A DNA stretch of 64,000 bases from Patescibacteria group bacterium (GCA_015491245.1 WFWH01000002.1:3823-67822), one strand, 5' to 3'; shown: positions 39,542 to 49,240, numbered from the stretch's first letter. The notes: generated by a model from the sequence alone, not told the origin. Made by a program: numbers and translations.

Positions 39542-41302
39542 ATGACTGAAGAACATTCCCTTGAACAGATGCGCCACACACTCGCCCATCTTTTGGCCGC
39601 GGCAGTACAAAAGCATTATCCGCACGCAAAGCCCGCAATAGGTCCTGCGATTGAGCACGGGTTTTACTACGATTTTGATTTTTCAGGGGGTGCGGCGCCG
39701 GGTGAGAGCGACCTGCCGAAACTGGAGGAGGAGATGCGCGCGCTCTTGCCCGCATGGGAATCCTTTTCCCGCCACGAAGCCTCCCTTGAAGAAGTCCGCG
39801 CGCTCTTTAAAGAAAACCCCTACAAAAAAGAGCTCGCGGAAGAATTTGCCCGCGAGGGAAAAACGCTCACGCTCTACACCAGCGGCGGCTTTACCGATCT
39901 GTGCCGCGGGGGCCACACGCCCCATCCCGCCCAAGACATCAACCCTCGCGCGTTTGCACTGGATCGCGTCGCGGGCGCGTATTGGCGGGGGGACGAGCGC
40001 AATCCCATGCTGACGCGCATCTACGGGCTTGCCTTCCGCACACCGGAGGAGCTAGAGGCGTTTCGGCAGCAACGCGAGGAAGCGCGCGCGCGCGACCACC
40101 GAAAAATCGGCAAGGCGCACGATTTGTTCGTCTTCTCTGACCTAGTGGGGCCGGGCCTTCCGCTCTGGACGCCCAGGGGCGCGCTGGTGCGCGCGCTGCT
40201 GGACGAGTTCGTGTGGGAGCTGCGCGCGGCGCGCGGTTACCAGCGCGTTGCCATTCCCCACCTCACCAAGCGCGCGCTCTACGAGACGAGTGGCCACTGG
40301 GAAAAATTCCACGAGGAGCTGTTCCGCATCACCTCCCGCGAGGGAAAAGAGTACGCGCTCAAGCCTATGAACTGCCCGCACCACACGCAGATATTTGCCC
40401 GCCGGCCCCATTCTTACCGCGAGATGCCGCAGCGCTACGCCGAAACCACCATGGTCTACCGCGATGAGCAATCGGGCGAGCTAGGAGGGCTCACGCGCGT
40501 CCTGTCCATTACCCAAGACGATTCCCATGTATTTTGCCGCCACGCGCAAATCAAAGAGGAATTTTTCTCCCTATGGGACATGGTGGACACCTTTTACCAA
40601 ACGTTCGGCTTTTCCCTGCGTGTTCGCCTCTCATTTCACGATACGGAACACCCCGAGCAGTACCTCGGCTCAAAAGCGGTATGGGAGAAGGCGGAGCGCG
40701 CGCTGCGCGAAATCGCCGAGGAGCGCCGCGCAGATTTCTTTGAGGCGCGCGGAGAAGCGGCGCTCTACGGCCCGAAGCTGGATTTCATGGCGCAAGACTC
40801 GCTGGGGCGCGCGCACCAAGTGGCCACCATACAACTGGACCTAAACCTGCCGGAGCGCTTTGACCTCTTCTGTATTAATGAAAAGGGAGCACAGGAGCGC
40901 ATCGCCATGATTCACTGTGCCATCATGGGATCGCTGGAGCGCTTTATCGCCGTACTGCTGGAGCACTACGCGGGCGCGCTGCCGCTGTGGCTTTCTCCGG
41001 TGCAGGTCAAAATCCTTCCGATAAGCGACGAGGCAGCAAGCTATGCCGCGCGCGTAGAGGAGGCTCTCCGCCAAAAGGGAATCCGCACCGTGGTGGACGG
41101 CTCCAAGGAAACCTTGGGAAAAAGGATTCGCCTCGCCAAGGAAGAAAAGGTTCCCTTTCTCGCCGTCGTAGGGAACAAAGAAGCGTCACGGGGGACACTG
41201 GCGGTGGAAACGCGCGGCGCCGGCCGTACGGAGGAGAAGATGGAGGATTTCGCCGCGCGCGTTGCAGAAGCGGTACGCACGCGCGCCAATATCCCCTCGT
41301 AG
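39542..41302 (+). CDS. thrS: threonyl-tRNA synthetase, short form lacking N-terminal TGS domain
   Basis: It starts at the editing-domain region (HTLAHLLAAAVQKHYPHAKPAIGPAIEHGFYYDFDF). Class II motifs appear (MNCPHH...RDEQSGELGGLTRV), followed by a C-terminal anticodon-binding domain. 586 aa. Confidence 0.85.
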   Translation: MTEEHSLEQMRHTLAHLLAAAVQKHYPHAKPAIGPAIEHGFYYDFDFSGGAAPGESDLPKLEEEMRALLPAWESFSRHEASLEEVRALFKENPYKKELAEEFAREGKTLTLYTSGGFTDLCRGGHTPHPAQDINPRAFALDRVAGAYWRGDERNPMLTRIYGLAFRTPEELEAFRQQREEARARDHRKIGKAHDLFVFSDLVGPGLPLWTPRGALVRALLDEFVWELRAARGYQRVAIPHLTKRALYETSGHWEKFHEELFRITSREGKEYALKPMNCPHHTQIFARRPHSYREMPQRYAETTMVYRDEQSGELGGLTRVLSITQDDSHVFCRHAQIKEEFFSLWDMVDTFYQTFGFSLRVRLSFHDTEHPEQYLGSKAVWEKAERALREIAEERRADFFEARGEAALYGPKLDFMAQDSLGRAHQVATIQLDLNLPERFDLFCINEKGAQERIAMIHCAIMGSLERFIAVLLEHYAGALPLWLSPVQVKILPISDEAASYAARVEEALRQKGIRTVVDGSKETLGKRIRLAKEEKVPFLAVVGNKEASRGTLAVETRGAGRTEEKMEDFAARVAEAVRTRANIPS

Positions 41303-41330
41303 GGGCGTGTCTGCAGCCCGCAAGGAGAAT

Positions 41331-41363
41331 GCAAAAACGGCACCTACGGTGCCGTTTTTGCAG
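41331..41363. terminator. bidirectional intrinsic terminator: GCAAAAACGGCACC-tac-GGTGCCGTTTTTGC
   Basis: Perfect 14-bp stem with A/T runs on both sides. Sits between thrS (+) and the convergent surface-protein gene (-). Confidence 0.7.
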
Positions 41364-41404
41364 AGTGGAGTTTTGCAACACCCCGCCGCATATTTTTTCC
41401 GCCC

Positions 41405-44206
41405 TTAGCGGCCGGCGGCCGCTCCCCGCAGCGCGCCCTGTTTCTCTTCACTCCTGCGCGCAAAGAAGCCGTTTAACTTGGTGAGGGCGATTTTTGCCCC
41501 CACAAGCGGCGCGCCGTAGCTGAAGTCAACACTGTCTGCAAATGCAGCGAGCACCAGCTCAAAGTCTTTGTCCTGCCATGTGCGGGTAAGCGCCACCACC
41601 TCTTTGTCAGGCTTGCGTCCGCCCTCCAGCCGCTGCTTGTACGCCTCATCCAACTCGCGCAGCATGAGGCGCAGGAGCGCATCCGGCTCAACTTGGGCCG
41701 CCTGCGTTTCCTGCAGGACGCGGTAGGCGCCGCGCTGGTCCCCCTGTGCGAGGGCAGACAAGAACTTTTTCATGCGGCGCCTGAGCGAGAGGCGCTCTTC
41801 CGCGGGAGCGGCTGTTTCCTGTTCCTGCTCCTGCACGTTGGCTGCTGGTTCTGCCGCGCCGTTTTTCTCGCGCATCGCCCCTGCGAGAGGCCCGTGCGGC
41901 ACCAAGGCGTCCGCGTCATGCGCCGCCTTCCCCTCCCCTTTATGGTACGGGGCGGAAGGCTGGCGTGCCGCAGCGCCTACCACCGCCGAGAGTGCCGCGG
42001 CGAGCGGCGACGCTTCCTCGCTCTTTCCTGCGGCTGCCTCCGTGCCGCGCTCCTCTCCAGAGTCCGCCTGCCGTATCTCTTCCTCGCGTTGCTTGCGGCC
42101 GCGGCGGCGCGCGAGCAGCATATGCACCCGCTCAGGCGAGAGGAGTATCCATCCGTCCTCGCGGGGGAACGTTTCCTTGGCGAGCGCGAGCACCTCCTCA
42201 ACGAGAGTGTCGCTTCCCTCCTTCTCTTCCGCGCGCAGGAGCGCATGCTGCGCTTGGGGAGAGAGCAGTATAGACTCCTGTTGCGCTGCCTGCTCCAGGG
42301 CTTTCTCGCGCGGTGCCTTCTCATGCGCTTCCAAGACGGGCGCTGCCACTGCAGACTGAGCGATCACCTCCTCCGTTTCCAGGCGTACGCCCTGTGGCTT
42401 ATTTTCTTCTGCCGCAGAGAGATGCGGAAGGGATGCCGCAGAGGGCCCCATGAGCCACTGCCACAGGCGCCGCGCTCCATCGCGCATGACTAAAAAGTAG
42501 GAGAGCGCCGCACTCACCGCGAGCAGAAATGCCCAAAATAGCGCGGTGACAAACGGACCCGCCTCAAACCCCGTGTAGGGGATTTGGTTCAGGTATACGA
42601 ACGAACCCGGCTTGGCTGTTACCACTTTTTTGGCGACGACCACTTTGGGCTTTTTTTGTTCGGGTTGGGGCTCATCTTTGTCCTCTTCTTCTTTGCTGCC
42701 GCAATTCAAACAGCGGCCCCCGCCTCCGCCGCCACTGGCGCGCGTGACCGACGCACTGCAAGACGCCTCATTGCCCTGCGCATCCTTGAAGACGCCGGTA
42801 TAGGTTTTAGCGCCGCCGGGCACGACCGCCCTGCTTCCCGTAGCGGCGACATCGCCCACATCGGGGGTAATGGTACCGCCCACAGCATTCACCGAGGTCC
42901 ACGAAAGCGTCACTGCTTGGGAAGCAGAGGTTACCCGTGCGGGCGACACGGTGAGCGTACACTGCGGAAACGCGTCTGTCACATACACCGCCACCGTCGT
43001 GCTGCAGGTGACGGCAGTGCCGTCACTCCCGGTAAAGGTTCCGGTAAACGTGGTAGTTTTGTTGAGGGGTACCGTCGTACTTCCCAACGCATCCACCGCA
43101 CCGATGCCTTGGTCTATGGACCCCCCGGTCACATGTTCCGCGCGCCAATAAATCGTAGTCGATGCTCCTGCGGCAACCTTTCCGGGTTCCGCCCAAAGTT
43201 CACACACCGGCGCTTTGGGGGCGGGCGGATCCCCCACTTTTTCAAATGCCGCACATATGGGGTAGACGCTATTGGGGGAACTGGTGTCGGGGTACACCGC
43301 ATGTTGGGCGTACACCTCCGTGACCGCCTCACTCAGAAGAAAGTTGCCGTCATGGACCTTGTTAACCTGCAGTGCCTCCACCACATTATCCTCCAAATCT
43401 ACCGTTGCGGCGGTGCCGCTTATGAATCCTTTGTCATTGGTGAGTATCACCTTGTAGCGCTCATCGGGCTGAGAAGCATTCTCGCGCCCTAGGTAACCAT
43501 CCCATGCCGCGAGGGTAACCGTATACAACCCCGGCGAGAGCGATACCGGTACGCGTGCGCTCTGCGCCTCCTTCCACCCCTTGTCGCTGCGCAGCTTTTT
43601 CTCGCCAAAAGAAACAATCGTGCGGTTTTCTCCCGGCGTAAGGGGGCACGCGGGACGTGCCGGAGGCTGCGGCGTTTCTTTTTCAGTCACCTGCACACAG
43701 CGCGGCACCACACTGTGCGGCTCATCGCTCTTGGGGTAGCGCACATGGCGCACCACCACGCGCGCCACGTCGCGCGAAAAAGAAATGTTGTCACCGAAAG
43801 AGCCGGTTACCTGCCCCAGCTCCACTCCGTCGGGCACATCCTCGGTGGGACCGAGCGTAACAACCTCATTGCCGTCAGCATCTAGGAACAACACCTTCCA
43901 CTGCTCCTCGTCTTGGCGATTTACATCCGCATTTTCACGCCCCACATACCCATCATAGGAGAAATAGCGCACCGTATATGTTCCCGCGGGAAAAGAAGCC
44001 TTGCGCGAGAATTCAGTAATGCCCTTGGAAGCTACCAAACGCTTGGTGCCAAAATCCACCACGCCCGCACCGGTAAAGGGACACGCGGCATCGCGTGCCT
44101 TGGTACCTGCCGCAAACGCGGGAACAGGCGCACCGGCAAACAGCAGCGCCAGCGCCGCAAAGGCAATGAGCGCGCGAGAGGTGAAGTGTAAGGTGTGGGT
44201 ACGCAT
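41405..44206 (-). CDS. large surface protein (933 aa): signal peptide, duplicated Cys-bounded domains, Ig-like repeats, Gly-rich linker, [LI]PxTG-like IPYTG + TM + basic stop-transfer, then about 330-aa cytoplasmic domain
   Basis: Signal peptide MRTHTLHFTSRALIAFAALALLFAGAPVPAFA. Internal duplication ACPFTGAG...TYTVRYFSYDGYVGRENA // ACPLTPGE...LYTVTLAAWDGYLGRENA. The sorting-like segment is ...YLNQIPYTGFEAGPFVTALFWAFLLAVSAALSYFLVMRDGARR... Confidence 0.6.
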   Translation of the reverse strand: MRTHTLHFTSRALIAFAALALLFAGAPVPAFAAGTKARDAACPFTGAGVVDFGTKRLVASKGITEFSRKASFPAGTYTVRYFSYDGYVGRENADVNRQDEEQWKVLFLDADGNEVVTLGPTEDVPDGVELGQVTGSFGDNISFSRDVARVVVRHVRYPKSDEPHSVVPRCVQVTEKETPQPPARPACPLTPGENRTIVSFGEKKLRSDKGWKEAQSARVPVSLSPGLYTVTLAAWDGYLGRENASQPDERYKVILTNDKGFISGTAATVDLEDNVVEALQVNKVHDGNFLLSEAVTEVYAQHAVYPDTSSPNSVYPICAAFEKVGDPPAPKAPVCELWAEPGKVAAGASTTIYWRAEHVTGGSIDQGIGAVDALGSTTVPLNKTTTFTGTFTGSDGTAVTCSTTVAVYVTDAFPQCTLTVSPARVTSASQAVTLSWTSVNAVGGTITPDVGDVAATGSRAVVPGGAKTYTGVFKDAQGNEASCSASVTRASGGGGGGRCLNCGSKEEEDKDEPQPEQKKPKVVVAKKVVTAKPGSFVYLNQIPYTGFEAGPFVTALFWAFLLAVSAALSYFLVMRDGARRLWQWLMGPSAASLPHLSAAEENKPQGVRLETEEVIAQSAVAAPVLEAHEKAPREKALEQAAQQESILLSPQAQHALLRAEEKEGSDTLVEEVLALAKETFPREDGWILLSPERVHMLLARRRGRKQREEEIRQADSGEERGTEAAAGKSEEASPLAAALSAVVGAAARQPSAPYHKGEGKAAHDADALVPHGPLAGAMREKNGAAEPAANVQEQEQETAAPAEERLSLRRRMKKFLSALAQGDQRGAYRVLQETQAAQVEPDALLRLMLRELDEAYKQRLEGGRKPDKEVVALTRTWQDKDFELVLAAFADSVDFSYGAPLVGAKIALTKLNGFFARRSEEKQGALRGAAAGR

Positions 44207-44266
44207 AGTAGTCGTGGCTAATTAATGAGATTAAGTAAGGCGAATAAATAAAATAGGCGCTGCTGC

Positions 44267-44300
44267 ACGTAATACCGCGCACATCCAGAGTGTATGCGTG
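44267..44300 (-). promoter_or_regulatory. candidate promoter TTGCCA-16-TACACT upstream of the surface-protein gene
   Basis: Minus strand caatTTGCCAcctgccataacacgcaTACACTctgg. Coordinates approximate. Confidence 0.3.
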
Positions 44301-44466
44301 TTATGGCAGGTGGCAAATTGGCACGTAGTGCCGCAGCGTCCTATTTTTCTTCAAACGAACGAAAGAGCGGTGGGCCGGTACGGCACCGCAGTGCCTTCTC
44401 AGGTATCGCGGTGCGCGCCCGTGCGCCTTTCGGAATTTTGAGAGAAGTATACAATATATGGAAAAA

Positions 44467-45297
44467 TTAGTCAATAATCGGGAATGCGCCGACAAAATAC
44501 GCCTCCACAAGGTAGCGCTCGTCTTCTTCGCCCAACACATTGCACGTAGCGAGCGTCAGCATGCGCGTTTCGGTGGAGAATACCACCGGCGTCTCCGGTG
44601 CCAACACCAGTGAGACACGCCGCACACGATACACATAGTTGGTGTCGCGCGTTTGTATCTTGATGATGTCTCCCTCTAAAAGCTCCTTGAGGCGGTTGAA
44701 AACCTTGTAGTTTTTATTCCGCACATACGGCAGCTCGCTGGAGTGCCCAAACAGGAATACGTTGGAGACATCATCCATAAAGCCCGAGGTGGGATAGTGC
44801 ACCACCCCGCGCATGAGTGCCTCCTCTAACACAGGTATGGCGGTGCTCGACGGCGAGATTACCGGTGCGTCCACCTTAATGCGGGGAATGATGATCCTGC
44901 GTGGCGCGCTTGCCGGCAGGGGGCCGGTGCGCACCGCGCGCGCAGGGGTTCCCTCGGTCTTAATGCGTAGGGTATTGTTTCTCTCGGCGGCGGCTGCCGC
45001 CGCAGGGGTATCAGGCGTGGCGGTCTGTGCAGTGGTATCAGATTCTGGTTTTTCCTGTGTTGTGAGTGTAGATGCGGCAGCCGCCGCGCGCTCTCCGGAA
45101 CGCGCAGGAGGTGCGGCGGCTCCAGGCTCGTTCGCGTGCGCTGCGGGTTCCGGCAGGATATCAAAAAACGCGAACGTGCCGCTCAGGAATGCAAATAGCA
45201 CCCCCCATACGGCAAGGTATGCGGCATACCCGCGGATGCCCGGGGTGTGTGCGCGCGTGTAAGTGCTGCGGTGAGGTATGGGATGAGAAAATTGCAT
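44467..45297 (-). CDS. sortase-family transpeptidase (membrane-anchored)
   Basis: N-terminal TM helix AYLAVWGVLFAFLSGTFAFF. Catalytic-triad context FLFGHSS (His), LTLATC (TLxTC Cys) and RYLVEA (Arg). Confidence 0.75.
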   Translation of the reverse strand: MQFSHPIPHRSTYTRAHTPGIRGYAAYLAVWGVLFAFLSGTFAFFDILPEPAAHANEPGAAAPPARSGERAAAAASTLTTQEKPESDTTAQTATPDTPAAAAAAERNNTLRIKTEGTPARAVRTGPLPASAPRRIIIPRIKVDAPVISPSSTAIPVLEEALMRGVVHYPTSGFMDDVSNVFLFGHSSELPYVRNKNYKVFNRLKELLEGDIIKIQTRDTNYVYRVRRVSLVLAPETPVVFSTETRMLTLATCNVLGEEDERYLVEAYFVGAFPIID

Positions 45298-45313
45298 GGT
45301 TTACTGTGTTTAT

Positions 45314-45342
45314 ATTTTACCACAAAAAAATATATGAGTCAA
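45314..45342 (-). promoter_or_regulatory. promoter TTGACT-17-TAAAAT for the sortase gene
   Basis: Minus strand agTTTGACTcatatatttttttgtggTAAAATataaacacagtaaaccATG. Confidence 0.5.
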
Positions 45343-45431
45343 ACTATACTACCACACACCGAAAGGCGCCGTGAGCAGCGCCGCGCCGCAGCACCCATAC
45401 CCCCTCCCCGACCGAGCGGAAAGGGTGACAT

Positions 45432-45460
45432 TTGACACAAAAAATCAAACATGGTATCAT
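45432..45460 (+). promoter_or_regulatory. promoter TTGACA-17-TATCAT inside the 434-bp divergent intergenic region; about 270-nt leader (or ncRNA) before the CARDB gene
   Basis: gtgacatTTGACAcaaaaaatcaaacatggTATCATcatgcc. Confidence 0.45.
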
Positions 45461-45593
45461 CATGCCGGTTCTCATCTGTTCTCCACTTTTTCTTCCCTAC
45501 AGAATCTTAAGAGGAATCAAAAAACAATACTCTTGTTGTTGGTGCAGCGAGCGTTCCCTGCGACCGCGCCCACAAGTGCGCGCCGCCGGACCT

Positions 45594-45610
45594 GCGCCAT
45601 GGCGCCATGG
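45594..45610. repeat. palindromic tandem repeat GCGCCATGGCGCCATGG
   Basis: Two copies of GCGCCATG forming a 14-bp perfect palindrome CCATGGCGCCATGG, inside the putative leader. Confidence 0.4.
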
Positions 45611-45731
45611 TGTAGTGCCGAAGATTACTTTCATTAGTGCATAATATCTTAAATTACCCACCCTAATTAAATAATCAATAAACAAAAAACCATTACCCGA
45701 TTGCCATTAGCGCCCTAAACCTTACACACGT

Positions 45732-46961
45732 ATGATGCACGCCACACACTCTCGCCAGAACACCCCGGAGCCTCAGGAAACCCAGAATGATGCCGCCGCT
45801 GACGCCGCGGGCGCTTCGGCAGAGGCGCACACCTCTCACCCGGCGGTAAAGTTGTTTGCCCTCATTGGCCTTACCGCGATTCTCTTTGCAGGTGCGTGGT
45901 TCTCCGTTAAACTGGTTCAGTGGCTCCCGGGTATCAGCTCCGCCGCTTCTACCTTTACCCTGCGCGAGGTGTTGCCCTTCCCTTTTGGGAACGGAGAAGG
46001 GGCGCGAAAAGGGGCACTGCGCCTCACACTCCCTTCACTGAGTGTAGCGCATGGGGCACCCTTCACTCTCTCCTGGGAATACCCCGGCACGCCGGAAGGC
46101 GCTCCACTATACGCACTCTCCTACACTTGCGCAGAAGGGGTCTCGCTCAGCGTGGTAGATGGGCTCACGATACGCGACCTTCCGTGCGGCACTCCCTACC
46201 GATTCTCCAGTGAGAGCAGAAAAATGCTCCTGGTGCCGCGCTCTTTGAAAAACCGCTTTATTGACGTAACCCTCTCCCTGGTGCTGTTGCGTGCCGATGG
46301 TACGCCGCGCGAGGATACCCGCGCCACGCAAATCATTACCATCGTAAACGAGCGCATCAGTGACAGTCCCTCACTGCGCTCCCCGAAAAAGGGGCAGCGC
46401 GCGCCCGGCCAAGGCAGCACAGGAGACACGAATGCGCCGGAAGCGGTGTCGCGCACCGAGGATGCGGTGCGGGCCGCACCGCAAACCCGCGCGCCGCAAA
46501 AGCCGGTAACGGTATTCGTACCCAATCCCAAGACACGCGAAAATCCCAGTGGCGCGCCTGATCTGGCGGTAGAGGCGCTCACCGTGGGCGCTTCGGTGAC
46601 GGTAAACGGAAAAGACATTTTTGTGCCGCGCACCACCATTGCCGGCTCTGCGACGCCCACTATTTCCTTCCGGGTATCCAATCAAGGCGATAAGCGCAGC
46701 GGCAGCGCATGGCGCTTCCGCTTAACCATCCCCCTGAAGGGTGGGCAAACCTTCACCTACACCTCACCCGCGCAGGAAGTGCTGAAACCCGGAGACTATA
46801 TAGAGTACACCGTTGGTTTGGAGGAACTGGAAGCGGGATCCTATACCGCTACCGTAACCCTCCTCAAGGTTGCGGGCGACAAAAAAGATGCCAACAACCG
46901 CGCCGAGGTATCGTGGAAAGTGGTGTCCTCCGCGCAGGGTAAAGATAAAAACAACTCTTAG
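45732..46961 (+). CDS. membrane-anchored hypothetical protein with C-terminal CARDB-like (cell-adhesion-related) domain
   Basis: TM helix VKLFALIGLTAILFAGAWFSV. CARDB pattern PDLAVEALTVGASVTVNGKDIFVP...ISFRVSNQGDKRSGSAWRFRLTI...LKPGDYIEYTVGLEELEAGSYTATVT. Confidence 0.5.
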   Translation: MMHATHSRQNTPEPQETQNDAAADAAGASAEAHTSHPAVKLFALIGLTAILFAGAWFSVKLVQWLPGISSAASTFTLREVLPFPFGNGEGARKGALRLTLPSLSVAHGAPFTLSWEYPGTPEGAPLYALSYTCAEGVSLSVVDGLTIRDLPCGTPYRFSSESRKMLLVPRSLKNRFIDVTLSLVLLRADGTPREDTRATQIITIVNERISDSPSLRSPKKGQRAPGQGSTGDTNAPEAVSRTEDAVRAAPQTRAPQKPVTVFVPNPKTRENPSGAPDLAVEALTVGASVTVNGKDIFVPRTTIAGSATPTISFRVSNQGDKRSGSAWRFRLTIPLKGGQTFTYTSPAQEVLKPGDYIEYTVGLEELEAGSYTATVTLLKVAGDKKDANNRAEVSWKVVSSAQGKDKNNS

Positions 46962-47052
46962 GGAACATACCGGCGCTGCCCAATGCCCGAAAGCGGTGCG
47001 AGATGCGCCCTTGCCCCTATGGGGCGTCAAGAGACATACGCCACGCACCCAG

Positions 47053-47090
47053 AAAAAACCCAGCGGCACTGCACTGCCGCTGGGTTTTTT
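47053..47090. terminator. bidirectional intrinsic terminator: AAAAAACCCAGCGGCA-ctgcac-TGCCGCTGGGTTTTTT
   Basis: Perfect 10-bp stem flanked by A6 and T6. Sits between the convergent CARDB gene and gyrB. Confidence 0.7.
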
Positions 47091-47124
47091 GCGTGGGCTG
47101 CGCGCCGCGCGAGGCTTTGCGGTA

Positions 47125-49206
47125 CTACACATCCAAAGTCGCCTCCTTTGCGTTGGTTTGGATGAATGTCTTGCGCGCGCCCACATCCGTTCCCATCAAG
47201 GTATCAAATACCGCATCCGCCTCGCGCGCGTCCTCAATGGTGACCTGCTTGAGCACCCTGCGGGAAGGATTCATGGTAGTCTCCCACAACTCTTCGGGGT
47301 TCATCTCCCCAAGCCCCTTGTAGCGCTGAATGGCGATACGCGGCTCTTTTTTGTCTGCAGGTGCCGCTTCCTCTTCTCCGCCCTCTTCCACTGTACCCAC
47401 CGCGTCCGCTTCCGCCGCATCACCGCCCCACGCTTTCACCACTGCGTGCTTTTCCTCATCGCTGTAGGCATAGCGCACCTCTTTCCCCTTCACCATCTTG
47501 TAGAGGGGCGGCTGGGCGATGTAGAGATGGCCCTCCTCAATGAGAGGCCGGAAGTGGCGGTAGAAAAGGGTGAGCAGGAGCGTGCGAATGTGCGCGCCAT
47601 CTACGTCAGCATCAGTGGCAATAATGATTTTATGGTAGCGCAGTTTGCCGGCATCAAACACATCGCCAATCGCCGTACCCAGCGCCACCACCAGTGCCTT
47701 AATTTCATTATTGGCGAGCATGCGGTCCAAGCGCGCGCGTTCCACATTTAAGATTTTTCCCCGCAAAGGGAGAATAGCCTGCACCCTGCGGTCGCGTCCC
47801 ATCTTCGCCGAGCCGCCCGCAGAATCCCCCTCCACGATGAAGAGCTCCGCCTCGTCTTTTTTGCGCGTTTGGCAATCGGCAAGTTTTCCGGGAAGCGTGA
47901 GGCCCTCCAGCGCCCCCTTGCGCAACACAGAATCCTTGGCGGCTTTGGCGGCTTTGCGCGCCTTCATGGCAAGCAGCGCCTTCCCCACAATTGCCTTGGC
48001 GTCATCGGGGTGCTCTTCCAAAAAGGCGGAAAATGCGTCACTGAAGACCGATTCCACCGCGCTGCGCGCCTCCACCGAGCCGAGCTTGGCTTTGGTTTGC
48101 CCCTCAAACTGCACCTCCCGCAACTTCACCGATACCACGGCGGTAAGGCCCTCCATCACGTCTTCCCCGGTAAAGTTTTCATCCTTATCCTTAATCAAAT
48201 TATTTTTCCGCGCATAGCTGTTAACCGTGCGCGTGAGCGCGGTTTTGAATCCGGTGATGTGCATGCCGCCCTCGGGATTGTAGATATTATTGGCATAGGC
48301 GGCAATGCGGGAGGAGATGTCATCCACGTACTGCAGCGCCACCTCCACCGAGAGCACGTTATCATCCAATGACTCTCGCGCTGCGTAAAAAATGTTTTTG
48401 TGCAGCGGCTTTTGGTGGGCGTTGTAGAACGCCACCAGAGAACGAAGTCCGCCCTCAAAATAAAATGACATGGAGGGAACCTCAATGCCCCGTGCGTGCA
48501 AATAGGGTGCGGGATCCGGCGCGCCTTCGCGCGTCAGTGGCTCCTTCCCGGCATACGCGCGCGCATCTAGAATGGTGATGCGCATGCTGCGCACCAAATA
48601 GGCCTGATTGCGCAGGTGGTTTACCATGCGCTTCCAATCAAACGCGATTTCTTTAAAAATTTCCGGATCGGGCTCAAAGGTGACGATAGTGCCGTGAAAA
48701 TCTGTGGTGCCTACTTTCTTCACCCGTGCGCGCGGCACACCCCTCTCATACTCTTGGAGATAGACACCCCCTTCGCGGTGCACCTCTACCTTGGCATACA
48801 CGGAAAGCGCATTCACCACCGAAACCCCCACCCCGTGCAAGCCGCCGGAAACCTTGTATCCCTCGCCGCCGAATTTGCCCCCTGCATGGAGCGTGGTCAT
48901 AATCGTCTCCAATGCAGACACTTTGGTTTGCGGGTGGGTGTCCACGGGAATGCCCCTGCCGTTATCCACCACGCGCACGCGGTTGTGCGGCAGCAGCGCA
49001 ACCTCTATGGAATCCGCAAAGCCGCCCATGGCCTCGTCGCGGGAATTGTCAAACACCTCCCATATCAAATGGTGCAGACCGTCAGGGCCCGTGGTGCCAA
49101 TGTACATGCCCGGGCGCTTGCGCACCGGCTCCAGCCCTTCCAAGACGGTAATAGCACGGGCGTCATAGCGGTGGCCCGCTTCGGTTGCTTTGGTTTTTTT
49201 AGCCAT
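47125..49206 (-). CDS. gyrB: DNA gyrase subunit B
   Basis: MAKKTKATEAGHRYDARAITVLEGLEPVRKRPGMYIGTTGPDGLHHLIWEVFDNSRDEAMGG... 693 aa, with TOPRIM and a C-terminal domain. No gyrA is adjacent. Confidence 0.9.
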   Translation of the reverse strand: MAKKTKATEAGHRYDARAITVLEGLEPVRKRPGMYIGTTGPDGLHHLIWEVFDNSRDEAMGGFADSIEVALLPHNRVRVVDNGRGIPVDTHPQTKVSALETIMTTLHAGGKFGGEGYKVSGGLHGVGVSVVNALSVYAKVEVHREGGVYLQEYERGVPRARVKKVGTTDFHGTIVTFEPDPEIFKEIAFDWKRMVNHLRNQAYLVRSMRITILDARAYAGKEPLTREGAPDPAPYLHARGIEVPSMSFYFEGGLRSLVAFYNAHQKPLHKNIFYAARESLDDNVLSVEVALQYVDDISSRIAAYANNIYNPEGGMHITGFKTALTRTVNSYARKNNLIKDKDENFTGEDVMEGLTAVVSVKLREVQFEGQTKAKLGSVEARSAVESVFSDAFSAFLEEHPDDAKAIVGKALLAMKARKAAKAAKDSVLRKGALEGLTLPGKLADCQTRKKDEAELFIVEGDSAGGSAKMGRDRRVQAILPLRGKILNVERARLDRMLANNEIKALVVALGTAIGDVFDAGKLRYHKIIIATDADVDGAHIRTLLLTLFYRHFRPLIEEGHLYIAQPPLYKMVKGKEVRYAYSDEEKHAVVKAWGGDAAEADAVGTVEEGGEEEAAPADKKEPRIAIQRYKGLGEMNPEELWETTMNPSRRVLKQVTIEDAREADAVFDTLMGTDVGARKTFIQTNAKEATLDV

Positions 49207-49240
49207 AATAAAAAAGCGAACGCGTGACAGTGCGCCACGA

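Noticed and set aside
44255-44275. Sigma-54-like TGGCA-N-GCAC element
   Set aside because: The GG-to-GC spacing is 9 rather than 12 nt, so it does not fit the -24/-12 consensus.
45432-45644. 70-aa ORF (MTQKIKHGIIMPVLICSPLF...) in the sortase / CARDB intergenic region
   Set aside because: It begins upstream of the predicted promoter and has a Cys/Trp-rich low-complexity sequence and no SD. More likely an untranslated leader or ncRNA.
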